From an uncultured Chloroflexia bacterium (GTDB lineage: Bacteria > Chloroflexota > Limnocylindria > Limnocylindrales > CSP1-4), in assembly GCA_963746845.1 (NCBI GenBank), contig CAVVCZ010000004.1, positions 736,001 to 800,000 of the forward strand: a stretch of 64,000 nt of DNA, written 5' to 3'. Made by a program: the position numbers and the translations under genes. Positions within the stretch are counted from its first letter, which is position 1, and each line of letters opens with the position of its first letter. Below, piece by piece: positions 1 through 9,273 of this stretch. The notes under the pieces are model-generated. The model made no database searches. It saw nothing but the letters and a program-made list of their open reading frames with translations, and was not told the DNA's origin.

Positions 1-582
1 GCGGTCCGTCTGGTTGACCCGGACCGCCGCCGTGCGATGGCCGAGGTCCGTCGGCATCCCGAGCGCCTGGAAGCTCGGCGGTCGCAGGTCAAAGATGACC
101 CCGGCGGGTCCCGCGAGCTCGGCCAACAGGCCCGGCAGCACGGTTCGCCACGTTGGCTCGACACGACCGATGCCGACGAGGTTCGACCACGAACGCATTC
201 GGTAGGCCGGGATCCGATCGCCCGGCCGGAGCGCGCCCCACAGCGCGGACGTGATCACGACGCTGCGCTCGGCTCGCTCCACGGCGGCCCCGGTGAGGGA
301 CGCGAGATCGAGGCCGCCATGCAACGGACCTGCATAGACGTCGCCCGCCCGTCGCGTTGGAAGCTCGAGGAGGCGCGTGTTGCGCGCGATCAGGCCGGCC
401 ATCGACGGCCGCTCGAACAGCCGCTCGAAGGCATCCGCGCCGGCACTGGTCTCGATCAGGGCGTCGAGGATCCGCGTCCGGACGGGTGTCAGCGTCGGAA
501 ACGACAGCTCCCCGAGGTCGACTGGTCGGCCATGGTCCGGCGGCGGCCGCTTCGTTTCCGACGGCGGCAGGATGATCAGCAC
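1..582 (-). CDS. yaaA: Peroxide stress protein YaaA (DUF328), runs off the window edge
   Basis: Manual translation (absent from ORF track): [12 protein letters not shown]...[11 protein letters not shown]...[17 protein letters not shown]...DLRP, typical YaaA motifs; GTG start 6 nt after TAGAGT. Confidence 0.85.
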   Translation of the reverse strand, partial: MLIILPPSETKRPPPDHGRPVDLGELSFPTLTPVRTRILDALIETSAGADAFERLFERPSMAGLIARNTRLLELPTRRAGDVYAGPLHGGLDLASLTGAAVERAERSVVITSALWGALRPGDRIPAYRMRSWSNLVGIGRVEPTWRTVLPGLLAELAGPAGVIFDLRPPSFQALGMPTDLGHRTAAVRVNQTDR

Positions 583-636
583 GGCGACACTCTAGGAGGC
601 GCATGACCCGCGATGCGTCGGGCGATCGACGAGATC

Positions 637-663
637 GGTCACGTCGAAGCCGGCTCACGGGTC
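637..663 (+). promoter_or_regulatory. ECF41-type promoter upstream of the sigma factor gene
   Basis: GGTCACG-n16-GGTC, resembling the ECF41 consensus TGTCACA-n16-CGTC; repeated at 1602-1628. Confidence 0.6.
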
Positions 664-698
664 AAGCCATTACCGAACCAACCGCACGAATGGGATCG

Positions 699-1584
699 AT
701 GCACGACCAGGATTGGCTCGCCGAACGGTTCGAGGACAACCGCTCGCACCTGCGCGGCGTCGCCTTCCGGATGCTCGGCTCCGTGACCGAGGCGGACGAC
801 GCCGTCCAGGAAGCCTGGATCCGCCTGAGCCGCACCGACACGACCGACGTCGACAACCTGCGGGCGTGGCTGACGACGGTCGTCGGACGGGTCTGCCTGA
901 ACATGCTGCGATCGCGCCGGACGCGCCGCGAGTCGTCCCTCGAGACCCACATCCCGGACCCGATCGTGAGCCCCGAGGCCGGCCTCGATCCCGAGCAGGA
1001 GGCGCTGCTGGGCGACTCGATCGGGCTCGCCCTGCTCGTCGTCCTGGACTCGCTGACGCCGGCCGAACGCGTCGCCTTCGTCCTGCACGACGTGTTCGCG
1101 GTGCCGTTCGACGAGATCGGGCCGATCGTCGGTCGGACACCGACGGCGTCGAGGCAGCTCGCGAGCCGGGCCCGTCGCCGCGTCCAGGGTGCGCCCGTGC
1201 CGGACGTCGACCTGGATGGCCAGTGGGCCGTCGTGGACGCGTTCCTGGCTGCCGCGCGTGAGGGCGACTTCGAGCGCCTCCTCGCGGTCCTCGACCCAGA
1301 CGTCGTCCTGCGGTCCGACGGCGGCGACGCGCGTCCGGGCCTCCGGACCCTGGTCCACGGCGCCGAGACCGTCGCGCGGCAGGCGCTGACCTTCCGCCAG
1401 TTCGCCGCCTCGGCGTCGCGCGTCCTCGTCAACGGGACCCCCGGCGGCGTCGCGTGGAAGCCGGACGGAAACCCGTTCGCGGTCATCGCCCTGACGGTCC
1501 GGGGAACGCGGATCGTCGCGATCGACATCCTCGCGGACCCGGATCGGCTCGGCCGGTTGGACCTCACCGAGGTCGCCGCGCTGA
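699..1584 (+). CDS. ECF sigma-70 factor, SigJ/ECF41 type with C-terminal SnoaL-like extension (probable 1-nt indel before the stop)
   Basis: DDAVQEAWIRL, AWLTTVVGRVCL, PDPIV linker, ERVAFVLHDVF, sigma4 RQLASRARRRV, SDGG and DPDRL motifs; TGA 1582-1584 is one base out of frame, so the ORF reads on to 2219. Confidence 0.85.
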
Positions 1585-1601
1585 GCGTCGTTCCAGGCAA
1601 C

Positions 1602-1628
1602 GGTCACGTCCGCGCCTTCGTGCGGGTC
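1602..1628 (+). promoter_or_regulatory. ECF41-type promoter upstream of the F420 nitroreductase-like gene
   Basis: GGTCACG-n16-GGTC, same boxes and spacing as 637-663. Confidence 0.6.
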
Positions 1629-1674
1629 CTCTCATCGAGACCACGAACGATGTCACGCACGAAGGAGCACAGCC

Positions 1675-2133
1675 ATGACCGAACCGACCGCCGCCGCCGT
1701 CAACGTCCCACGCTGGGTCACGATGTTCAGCCCGATCACCAGGCCGCTGCTGGCCGCCGGCCTCCCGATGGGGCCCAACGGGCTCATCACCGTCCGCGGC
1801 CGGACGAGTGGCCTGCCTCGCACCACGCCCCTCGCGATCATCGCGCTGTCCGGCCGGCGCTGGATCTGGTCCCCCTGGGGCGACGTGCACTGGGTCCGCA
1901 ACCTCCGCGCCGCTGGGCACGCCACGATCACCGTCCGCGGCAAGGACGAGGAGGTGGATGCGACCGAGCTGGACCCGACGCAACGCTTCGAGTTCATCCG
2001 CGACACGCTGGGTCCGGTCGCGCGGAGCATCCCGTTCGGCGTCCGGTTCGTCCGGATGCTCGACGGGGTCGACGTCAATCACCCGGAGAAGGCCGCCGAG
2101 GGCCGCGTGGTGTTCGAGCTGCACCCACGTTGA
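1675..2133 (+). CDS. Deazaflavin (F420)-dependent nitroreductase family protein (Ddn/DUF385-like)
   Basis: LITVRGRTSGLPRTTPL and WVRNLRAAG motifs; SD AAGGAG. Confidence 0.8.
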   Translation: MTEPTAAAVNVPRWVTMFSPITRPLLAAGLPMGPNGLITVRGRTSGLPRTTPLAIIALSGRRWIWSPWGDVHWVRNLRAAGHATITVRGKDEEVDATELDPTQRFEFIRDTLGPVARSIPFGVRFVRMLDGVDVNHPEKAAEGRVVFELHPR

Positions 2134-2181
2134 ACGTCTCGACCCGGTCGAACCGATCCAACGGCCGGCGTCGGGGTCCGG

Positions 2182-3180
2182 CTACTCCTCGCGGTGGTGT
2201 GCTGCGGCGAGCTCGGTGAGGGCAGCCGGTTCGAGGGCGTCCGCGGGCACGCTGGCCACGCGGCCGGGCGTCCGCGCCCACAGGGTGGCGGTCCGGGTGC
2301 CGTTGTCGAGGCTCGCCCGCTCCCCCACGACGGCGCCCGGGCCGACCTCGGCCACCTGCTCGTCGTCGATCGCGACGACGAACATGCCGTCCAGGATCAG
2401 GAAGACGTCCGTGCCCTCGTCGCCCTGGCGAATCAGCTCCTCGCCGGCGGCCACCGAGCGGATCTTCGGCTTCGTCCCATGGGCCATGATCACTGACGAG
2501 AGCGATCGTTCGAGGGCCGATTCGACCTCGGCGACGACGGCCGGCGAATCCGCTTCGCCCCACGGCGTCCGGTCGCCGAACGCATGGTTGAACCACTTGC
2601 CGAAGTCGATGACGCCGGACTTCTCGACGAGCCGCCCGTCGTCGTCGTAGATCCAGTGGCGCGGAAACGGGCTCGCGCCGACCAGCTCGTGACTCGACGT
2701 TCCGTCCGCGTTGATCGTCAGCGCGAGGGTCGTCCACGCGATCGACGGCCAGAACTGGACGAACGGCTTGTGCGGCACGGGTCGCGGCGTCGGCAGGCCC
2801 ATCCGGCCACCGACGGTCTGGACGAACCTGACGGAGTCCGGACCGATCTCCGGCTCGTGCTGGATGTCCGGCAGCTGGACGGCCGGGAACCGAACGGCCG
2901 CCGGTCCCACGCGGACCGTCGTGGCCCCGATGTGGCCCTGCCCGAGGTGGCCCGCACGGACGATCCGTCCGTCCTCGACCTCGATGAACGCCCGCAGCTC
3001 GTTGGCCTCGCGGAAGCGATCGGTCGTGCGCAGCTCCTCGAGGTCGTCGAGGTGGTCCGGTGGCGGCTGGTCGTAGTGGGTGACGCCGAATTCGAACGGG
3101 ATCTTCGAGGGACCCGTGATCGCCTCCGACGGAATCCAGGACACCGCGGTAACCGACGACTCGAAACGCGTCGTGGACAT
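2182..3180 (-). CDS. Protein with uncharacterised N-terminal domain and C-terminal cyclic-nucleotide-binding domain
   Basis: C-terminal LIRQGDEGTDVFLILDG...GAVVGERASL...RTATL phosphate-binding cassette. Confidence 0.85.
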   Translation of the reverse strand: MSTTRFESSVTAVSWIPSEAITGPSKIPFEFGVTHYDQPPPDHLDDLEELRTTDRFREANELRAFIEVEDGRIVRAGHLGQGHIGATTVRVGPAAVRFPAVQLPDIQHEPEIGPDSVRFVQTVGGRMGLPTPRPVPHKPFVQFWPSIAWTTLALTINADGTSSHELVGASPFPRHWIYDDDGRLVEKSGVIDFGKWFNHAFGDRTPWGEADSPAVVAEVESALERSLSSVIMAHGTKPKIRSVAAGEELIRQGDEGTDVFLILDGMFVVAIDDEQVAEVGPGAVVGERASLDNGTRTATLWARTPGRVASVPADALEPAALTELAAAHHREE

Positions 3181-3298
3181 GGCCTGGTCACCTCATGCGG
3201 GCGGGCCGGTCAGCGCAGCCTGCGACGAGGTGAGTATGGGCGCCCAATCCGGTACGCTGCTGGCCTTGACCCCACGGGGTGGGGAGGGGGCCCTCCGG

Positions 3299-6200
3299 AT
3301 GACGAGCTGCCCGTCCTGCGGCCGAGCGAACCCAGTCGATGCTTCGTTCTGCATGGGCTGCGCGACTCCGCTCGGCGCCGTCGCCAACGTGCATGAGACT
3401 CGCAAGACGATCACTGCGCTCTTCTGCGATCTCGTCGGGTCCACGGCGCTCGGCGAGCAGCACGACCCCGAGGTGCTCCGCCCGCTGCTCGACCGCTACT
3501 TTGCCGCGATGCGAGAGGCGGTGGATCGTCATGGCGGACGCGTCGAGAAGTTCATCGGCGATGCCGTGGCCGCGGTGTTCGGGCTGCCGGTCGCGCACGA
3601 GGACGACGCCCTGCGGGCGGTCCGAGCCGGGGTGGAGATGCAGGAGCGCCTGGCCGAGCTCAACGCGGGCTCCGTGATCCCGCTGGCCGGTCGCATCGGG
3701 ATCACGACCGGCGAAGTGCTCTTCCGCGGGATCGGGGCACCGCCGATCGGCGACGTGATGAACACCGCCTCGCGCCTCCAGTCGAGCGCGGCTCCCGGGA
3801 CCGTCGTCATCGGCGAGCCGACATTCCGCCTCGTGCGCGACGCCGTCGTGGTCGAGTCCCTCTCGGCGCTCACGCTCAAAGGCAAGGCGAAGCCCGTCGC
3901 CGCCTACCGGGTCGTCCAGGCGGCCCAGAGGACCTTCACGCGGACGCGGCGCCTGGAGGCCCCGATGGTCGGGCGAGCTCGGGAGGCGGCCCTGTTGAGG
4001 ACCAGCTTCGAGAGGACCTCGGGGGACAGCGCCTGCCAGTTGTTCACCGTCGTCGGAGTGGCGGGAGCGGGCAAGAGTCGTCTCGTCGAGGAGTTCCTGG
4101 GCTCGCTCACTCGCGACGACGCCACGGTCTTGCGCGGCCGCTGCCTTCCGTATGGGGAGGGCATCACCTACTGGCCGGTGGCGGAGCTTGTGAGGAGCGC
4201 GACGGGGATCGCGGACGGGGACACGGCTGCCGAAGCTCGCGACAAGGTCGACGCGTTCTCATCCGGGCTGTCGGAGGCGACCGCGGTCGCGCGAGGGCTG
4301 GCCGGGATCGTCGGTCTCGACACGCAGGTGACCCACGACGAGCTGCTCTGGGCCTTTCGCCGGGTGCTCGAGCACCTTTCGGCGGGACGAGCGCTCGTTG
4401 TCGTGCTTGATGACATCCATTGGGCGGAGCCGGCCCTGATTGACCTGATCGAGTCCGTGGCCGACCTCGCGCGCCACTCGCCGATCCTCTTCGTGTGCGA
4501 GGCCCGACCGGACTTCCTCGAGAGCCGCCCGACCTGGGGTCGCGGCAAGCTCAACGCCACGACGATCCTGGTCGAGCCCCTCGGCGAGGAGTCTGCTCTC
4601 ACCCTGATCGATGCTCTTGTGTCGGGACGCCCGCTTCCCGCCGCCGTGCGGGCGAGGATCGCCGAAGCGGCGGAGGGCAATCCGCTCTATGTCGAGGAGT
4701 TCGTCGGCATGCTGATCGACGATGGCTCCGTCGATCGGGGAGGCTGGACTGCCGCGGTGGACGAGGCTGCGATCACCGTACCCCCGACCATTCACGCGCT
4801 CCTGTCGGCGCGCCTCGATCGGCTGGCCGAGCCTGAACGGACGGTCGCCGAGCGCGCTGCCGTCGTTGGCCGAACCTTCGACGCACCGGCGGTGATGGCG
4901 ATGTTCCCCAAGCCGGACCGAGCCGCTGTGCCCGACGCGCTCCGAGCACTGGAGCGCACCGAGCTCATCGGCTTCGACCGCACAGCGCATGGCCCAGGCC
5001 AGACCTTTCGGTTCCGGCATCTGCTCATCCGGGATGCCGTCTACGAGGGGATCCCGAAGTCGGAGCGAGCCGAGCTCCACGAACGGCTCGCGGACTGGTT
5101 CGCCGAGACCTCCGGCGATCGCCAGGGGGAGCTCGATGAGATCCTCGGCTACCACCTCGAGCGAGCGTATCGATACCGAGCGGAGTTGGGTCCAGACGAT
5201 GCCCACGCCCGCTCGATCGCCCGCAGAGCCGCCGACCGATTGACAGCTGCCGGCCTGCGCGCCCACGAGCGATCCGACATCACGGCGACGGTTGGGATGC
5301 TGGGCCGCGCTTCGCAGCTGCTCGAAGCGGACGATCCAGCCCGGCTCGCCATGCTGCCCGACCTCGCCCGCGCACTCGACTCGAACGGACGTCTCGACGA
5401 GGCGCGAGCCTGCTACGACGAGGCGATCCGACGTTCAGAGGCGGCCGGTGACGAGCGAGCCTGGGCAACGGCCCGCGTCCTGCGGTGCCTCTCCTCGAGT
5501 GTGGAAGTCGATGCCGACGAGCGCGCCCGAGCTGCCGACGAATGCCAGCCTCTGTTCGAGCGGCATGGAGACGAGCGCGGGCTGGCGCTCTGCTGGAGGC
5601 TGCGAGGCGAGGCGTCGTGGCGAGAAGGCCGAGGGGTTGGCGACGAGCCGGCCCTTGCGGTGGCGCTGGCGCATGCGCGACGAGCCGGTGCCCACCGCGA
5701 GGAGGTGCTGATTGCGGATGGCTTGAGTGCCAGCCTCGCGCTTGGGCCGACATCGGTCGAGGATGGCATCAGGCGTTGCCTCGACGTGCAGGGAGAAGCT
5801 CCGGACGACCGAGGGATCGAGATGGCGATGTCGCATGCCTTGGCGCATCTCCATGCTCGACGTGGCGATTTCGACGCGGCCCGGCCGCTTGCCACGAGAT
5901 GTCGGGAGATTGCGATCGAAAGCGGGCAGCGCGCCGAGGCGGCGCATCTCACAGAGGTCGCCTGGGACGTGGAATACCTGGCGGGCGACTACGCAGCGGC
6001 GGAGCGTGCCATCGCTGAAGGGTGTTCCGCCTTCGAGGCGCTCGGAAAGCCGCATGCGATGCTCGAGGCGTTCCGGGCTCTGGCGCAGGTGGCGCAGGGA
6101 CGCGTGCCGGATACGGACCGCCTCAGGACCATGGCCTCCCGAACGCAGCAGGCGACGAAGGCCCTGCTCGAGGTCGCCATCGGCAACGCCGAGCTGCTTC

Positions 6201-6442
6201 GTGGGGACGTCGAGGCAGCCGAGGCAGAGCTGCGTCGAGCTGTCCTCTACTTCGAGACGACGGACCTCGTGACCATGCATGCGCATGCATGCATGGTGCT
6301 GGGGGATGTCCGCCGCGCTGCGGGCAGGGCGGACGATGCCGAGGCGCACTATCAACGTGCGCTCGACATGCACGAGCGGAAGGGGAACGTGGTGGAAGCG
6401 CTCGTCGTCGCGTCGCGGTTGGCCGGCCTGCACGCCAGCTGA
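3299..6442 (+). CDS. Zinc-ribbon + class III adenylate/guanylate cyclase + STAND-type AAA ATPase + TPR-like protein
   Basis: CPSC..CMGC; FCDLVGST, EKFIGD, NTASRL; Walker A GVAGAGKS, Walker B VVLDD, GNPL; helical C-terminus. Confidence 0.9.
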   Translation: MTSCPSCGRANPVDASFCMGCATPLGAVANVHETRKTITALFCDLVGSTALGEQHDPEVLRPLLDRYFAAMREAVDRHGGRVEKFIGDAVAAVFGLPVAHEDDALRAVRAGVEMQERLAELNAGSVIPLAGRIGITTGEVLFRGIGAPPIGDVMNTASRLQSSAAPGTVVIGEPTFRLVRDAVVVESLSALTLKGKAKPVAAYRVVQAAQRTFTRTRRLEAPMVGRAREAALLRTSFERTSGDSACQLFTVVGVAGAGKSRLVEEFLGSLTRDDATVLRGRCLPYGEGITYWPVAELVRSATGIADGDTAAEARDKVDAFSSGLSEATAVARGLAGIVGLDTQVTHDELLWAFRRVLEHLSAGRALVVVLDDIHWAEPALIDLIESVADLARHSPILFVCEARPDFLESRPTWGRGKLNATTILVEPLGEESALTLIDALVSGRPLPAAVRARIAEAAEGNPLYVEEFVGMLIDDGSVDRGGWTAAVDEAAITVPPTIHALLSARLDRLAEPERTVAERAAVVGRTFDAPAVMAMFPKPDRAAVPDALRALERTELIGFDRTAHGPGQTFRFRHLLIRDAVYEGIPKSERAELHERLADWFAETSGDRQGELDEILGYHLERAYRYRAELGPDDAHARSIARRAADRLTAAGLRAHERSDITATVGMLGRASQLLEADDPARLAMLPDLARALDSNGRLDEARACYDEAIRRSEAAGDERAWATARVLRCLSSSVEVDADERARAADECQPLFERHGDERGLALCWRLRGEASWREGRGVGDEPALAVALAHARRAGAHREEVLIADGLSASLALGPTSVEDGIRRCLDVQGEAPDDRGIEMAMSHALAHLHARRGDFDAARPLATRCREIAIESGQRAEAAHLTEVAWDVEYLAGDYAAAERAIAEGCSAFEALGKPHAMLEAFRALAQVAQGRVPDTDRLRTMASRTQQATKALLEVAIGNAELLRGDVEAAEAELRRAVLYFETTDLVTMHAHACMVLGDVRRAAGRADDAEAHYQRALDMHERKGNVVEALVVASRLAGLHAS

Positions 6443-6460
6443 CGGACTGGCGGCCCGGTC

Positions 6461-8440
6461 CTACCCGCGTCTCGCGAGCGAACGCGAGCCAGGCGTCACG
6501 GTCGAGCGGGCTCGGGGCCTGAGCGTTCGCCGCTTCGGCGGGTTCTCCCCGATCGGCTGGTAGCCGCCGGGACGGGTCTCGAGGACGCCCTCCCCCATGG
6601 ACAGGCCCGGCAGCTGGTGCTGAAGCGACCGCACGCGGGCGACCGGCAGCACCGCCGAGGCGCGGGTGAGGCCGTTCGCTGAGAACTGCCCGGTCACCCG
6701 GCCGCCGAGCCGGCCGAGCGCGGCGAGCACGCCCGGCGCGGTCGACGAGGGCATCTCGAGCGCAAGGTCCGCCAGCGGCTCGCACACCCACGTCCCACCA
6801 CGGTCGAGCGCGGTCATCAGCACGAGCTGGGTCAGCCGCCGGAAGTCCGCTGCCGTGGTGATCGGCGAGGCGTAGCCGCAGTCGGTCATCGTCACGAGGC
6901 AGTCCGTCACCCCCCAGCCGGCGAGGCCCTCGGTGAGCGCCTCGCGGACGTACGCCTCCATCTGGCTCAGGAAGGTGTCGCCCGTGTGGAACAGGTACAG
7001 CGGGACGAGGCGGGGCTCGACGTCGGCATGGAACGCGATCCCCGAGCCGATCGGCGCCGGCTCGATCCGGAGGGCGAGCGTCGCCTTGAACGGGTTGGTG
7101 CTCAGCGGCGAGCTCCGCCCGGTGATGTTCGTCTTGACCTTCGCACGGATGACCTCCTCGGCCGCGCCCGCACGTGCGGGCCGCTCGATGCACACGACCG
7201 TCGTCTCGCGGAAGTCGGCCGCGATGCCGTAGTCGCGCTCGAGCGTGGCCTGGATGACCTCCTTCTGGACCTCGCCGTACAGCGACACGGAGATCTCGTG
7301 TCGGTGGTCGTCCTGGCGGACGTCGATGAGCGGATCCTGCTCCGCGAGCTGGGAAAGCGCAGCCCGCAGGCTGCCGGACTCGTCCGGCCGGAGCGGGAAC
7401 ACGACGGCCTCGAGCGCCGGCCGCGGGAAGCGCGCTGTTTCGGTCTCGCCTGGCGGCGGCTCTCCGATGGCGTCGCCGACCCGCACGGCCCCCAGGCCGC
7501 GGACAGCGGCCATCTCCCCGGCGGCGAACACCTCGCGCCGATGCGCACCGGCCGGCGCGAACACCCTGATCGATGTCGGCTTGGCCTCCTCCCCTCCCCC
7601 GACGCGCACGCGCTGGCGCGGACGGAGCGTGCCGTCGAACAGGCGGACGTAGGCGACGCGCTCGCCGGACGTCGTGCGCTCGATCTTGAAGACGCGGCCG
7701 GAGACGTCCGCATCCGGGTCGCCGGAGGCGCCCGAGAGGAGCTCGTCGACGCCGGCGAGGAGCCGGTCGATCCCCTCCCCGGTCGCCGCCGACCCGAAGT
7801 ACACCGGGTGCACCCAGCCCGCCCGGGTCTGCCGGGCGAGCTCCCGGTGCAGACGGACCGTCGAGGGCGCGGCTTCACCGCCGACGAACCCCTGGAGGAG
7901 GGCCTCGTCGTGCTCCGCGAGGATCTCCGTGAGCACCGTCCGGTGCTGATCGTCGGAGGCGGTCAACGGTGGGCCCATCGGCACGACGCCTGGCGACAGC
8001 CGTCGCGCCATCGCCTCGAGGACCCGCTCCGGGTCCGCACCGGCCCGGTCGACCTTGTTGACGAAGATCAGCGTCGGGACGCGGAGCCGGCGCAGGGCGC
8101 GGAAGAGCAGCGGCGTCTGCGGCTGGACGCCCTCGACCGCCGACACGACGAGCACCGCGCCGTCGAGCACGCCGAGGACGCGTTCGACCTCCGCGATGAA
8201 GTCGGGGTGACCGGGCGTGTCGACGAGGTTGACCGCGAGGTCGCCGACGAGGAACGAGGCGACCGCGGACCGGATCGTGATGCCGCGTTCGCGCTCGAGG
8301 TCGAGCGAGTCGGTCTGGGTGGTGCCGGCGTCGACGCTGCCGACGTGGTCGATGGCGCCGGCGGTGAAGAGGAGTCGCTCGGTGAGGGTGGTCTTACCGG
8401 CGTCGACGTGGGCGAGGATGCCGAGATTGAGCGTGCGCAT
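6461..8440 (-). CDS. OtrA/TetM-like ribosomal protection family translational GTPase
   Basis: NLGILAHVDAGKTTLTE, ERERGITI, DTPGH, NKVD, LYGEVQKEV, domain IV YASPITTAADFR (TetM YSPVSTPADFR-like); last ~20 codons appear frame-shifted. Confidence 0.85.
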   Translation of the reverse strand: MRTLNLGILAHVDAGKTTLTERLLFTAGAIDHVGSVDAGTTQTDSLDLERERGITIRSAVASFLVGDLAVNLVDTPGHPDFIAEVERVLGVLDGAVLVVSAVEGVQPQTPLLFRALRRLRVPTLIFVNKVDRAGADPERVLEAMARRLSPGVVPMGPPLTASDDQHRTVLTEILAEHDEALLQGFVGGEAAPSTVRLHRELARQTRAGWVHPVYFGSAATGEGIDRLLAGVDELLSGASGDPDADVSGRVFKIERTTSGERVAYVRLFDGTLRPRQRVRVGGGEEAKPTSIRVFAPAGAHRREVFAAGEMAAVRGLGAVRVGDAIGEPPPGETETARFPRPALEAVVFPLRPDESGSLRAALSQLAEQDPLIDVRQDDHRHEISVSLYGEVQKEVIQATLERDYGIAADFRETTVVCIERPARAGAAEEVIRAKVKTNITGRSSPLSTNPFKATLALRIEPAPIGSGIAFHADVEPRLVPLYLFHTGDTFLSQMEAYVREALTEGLAGWGVTDCLVTMTDCGYASPITTAADFRRLTQLVLMTALDRGGTWVCEPLADLALEMPSSTAPGVLAALGRLGGRVTGQFSANGLTRASAVLPVARVRSLQHQLPGLSMGEGVLETRPGGYQPIGENPPKRRTLRPRARSTVTPGSRSLARRG

Positions 8441-8498
8441 GGGACCTCATGTCGTGCAAGGAGGCGGTGACCTTCTGGCTGGACATGGGTGCTCCCAT
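8394..8498 (-). CDS. Putative 34-aa leader peptide overlapping the start of the TetM-like gene
   Basis: GAAAGGAG SD, ATG 8498 (alternative ATG 8486); MGAPMSSQKVTASLHDMRSHAHAQSRHPRPRRRR*; TAA lies within the GGT-AAG codons of the main gene. Confidence 0.45.
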   Translation of the reverse strand: MGAPMSSQKVTASLHDMRSHAHAQSRHPRPRRRR

Positions 8499-8600
8499 CT
8501 CGCTCCTTTCCGTCTCGCGTCGTCGCGCGGCTGCGCCCGAACAGGGTCGCACGCCCGGTCAAGCAGTGGGACTACTGGGACATGCATGTCGTGGGGTTGT

Positions 8601-8633
8601 GGCCAGCGCCCGGCACGAGCCGTGGCGCTGGCC
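8601..8633 (-). terminator. GC hairpin after the secreted-protein gene
   Basis: GGCCAGCGCC...GGCGCTGGCC 10-bp stem, no U tract. Confidence 0.4.
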
Positions 8634-8659
8634 GAGGCGCGCTGGTCGCCCGATGGGGG

Positions 8660-9142
8660 CTAGAAGGACAGGTGGCCCTTGTACACGGCGCAGCCGTTGG
8701 GCAGGTCATGCATCTGGAGCACGCCACTCACGCCGGCGAAGCCACCGTCGCCGCCAACGATCGGGTGATGGCACCGCCCATGAACCTCGACCCCATCGAC
8801 GACCTTGTAGGTGAACGTGTAGGTGGTCCAGAAGTGCCCGCAGCGGTCCCCGTTGAGGCACCCGGAGAACACTTCGGTGCCGCTCGCCTGCGTCGCGCCG
8901 GACGGGGTCTCGTTCCGGATCGTCCACTCGTCGATGTACCAACAACCGATCAGATTTCCGGTGACCGTGTAGGTCGCCACGGACTGGGCATCCTCGACAC
9001 AGACGCCCGCGGTGTCCGGTGTGAGCAGGCCTGCCACCTGGGTCTGTGACTTTGCCGCCACCGGTGTGGCCGACAGCGCGACGACGAGCATGGTCGCGAT
9101 GCTCATCGTCAGTCCGAATCGCCGGAATGCGTGTTTCGACAC
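8660..9142 (-). CDS. Secreted hypothetical beta-rich protein with six Cys
   Basis: GTG start with AAGGAG SD; signal peptide (…LVVALSATPVAA); GGDGGFAGVSG..YKG tail resembles dirigent/AOC/DUF3224-like barrels (fold tentative). Confidence 0.65.
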   Translation of the reverse strand: MSKHAFRRFGLTMSIATMLVVALSATPVAAKSQTQVAGLLTPDTAGVCVEDAQSVATYTVTGNLIGCWYIDEWTIRNETPSGATQASGTEVFSGCLNGDRCGHFWTTYTFTYKVVDGVEVHGRCHHPIVGGDGGFAGVSGVLQMHDLPNGCAVYKGHLSF

Positions 9143-9209
9143 CCTCGTCTCCTTTGCGCTCGATCCATCGTGGATGGCGGCGAGTGTCCGGCCACCCGAA
9201 GCCGTGGCG

Positions 9210-9241
9210 CCAGAGACGGAATGCATGGAACCGGGGCAAAA
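9210..9241 (-). promoter_or_regulatory. Putative GlxA/AraC operator, copy 1
   Basis: TTTTGCCCCGGTTCCATGCATTCCGTCTCTGG, 28/32 identical to 10353-10384. Confidence 0.65.
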
Positions 9242-9273
9242 CGGCCATCGCCTGGGCGAGCCGGGCGCGGGCC

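Noticed and set aside
603-2219. 538-aa sigma factor with a long novel C-terminal extension, or a sigma-nitroreductase fusion
   Set aside because: The tail is out-of-frame Arg-rich text across a promoter and a separate SD-led gene; a TGA one base off-frame at 1582 explains it
2182-6442. Canonical Pycsar or CBASS system
   Set aside because: No PycC/CD-NTase architecture, no TIR or TM effector and no defence-island neighbours; kept only as an analogy
6461-8440. Elongation factor G (fusA)
   Set aside because: It has TetM/OtrA-type motifs (TTLTERLL, TDSLDLE, SPITTAADFR) and no rpsL/rpsG/tuf context
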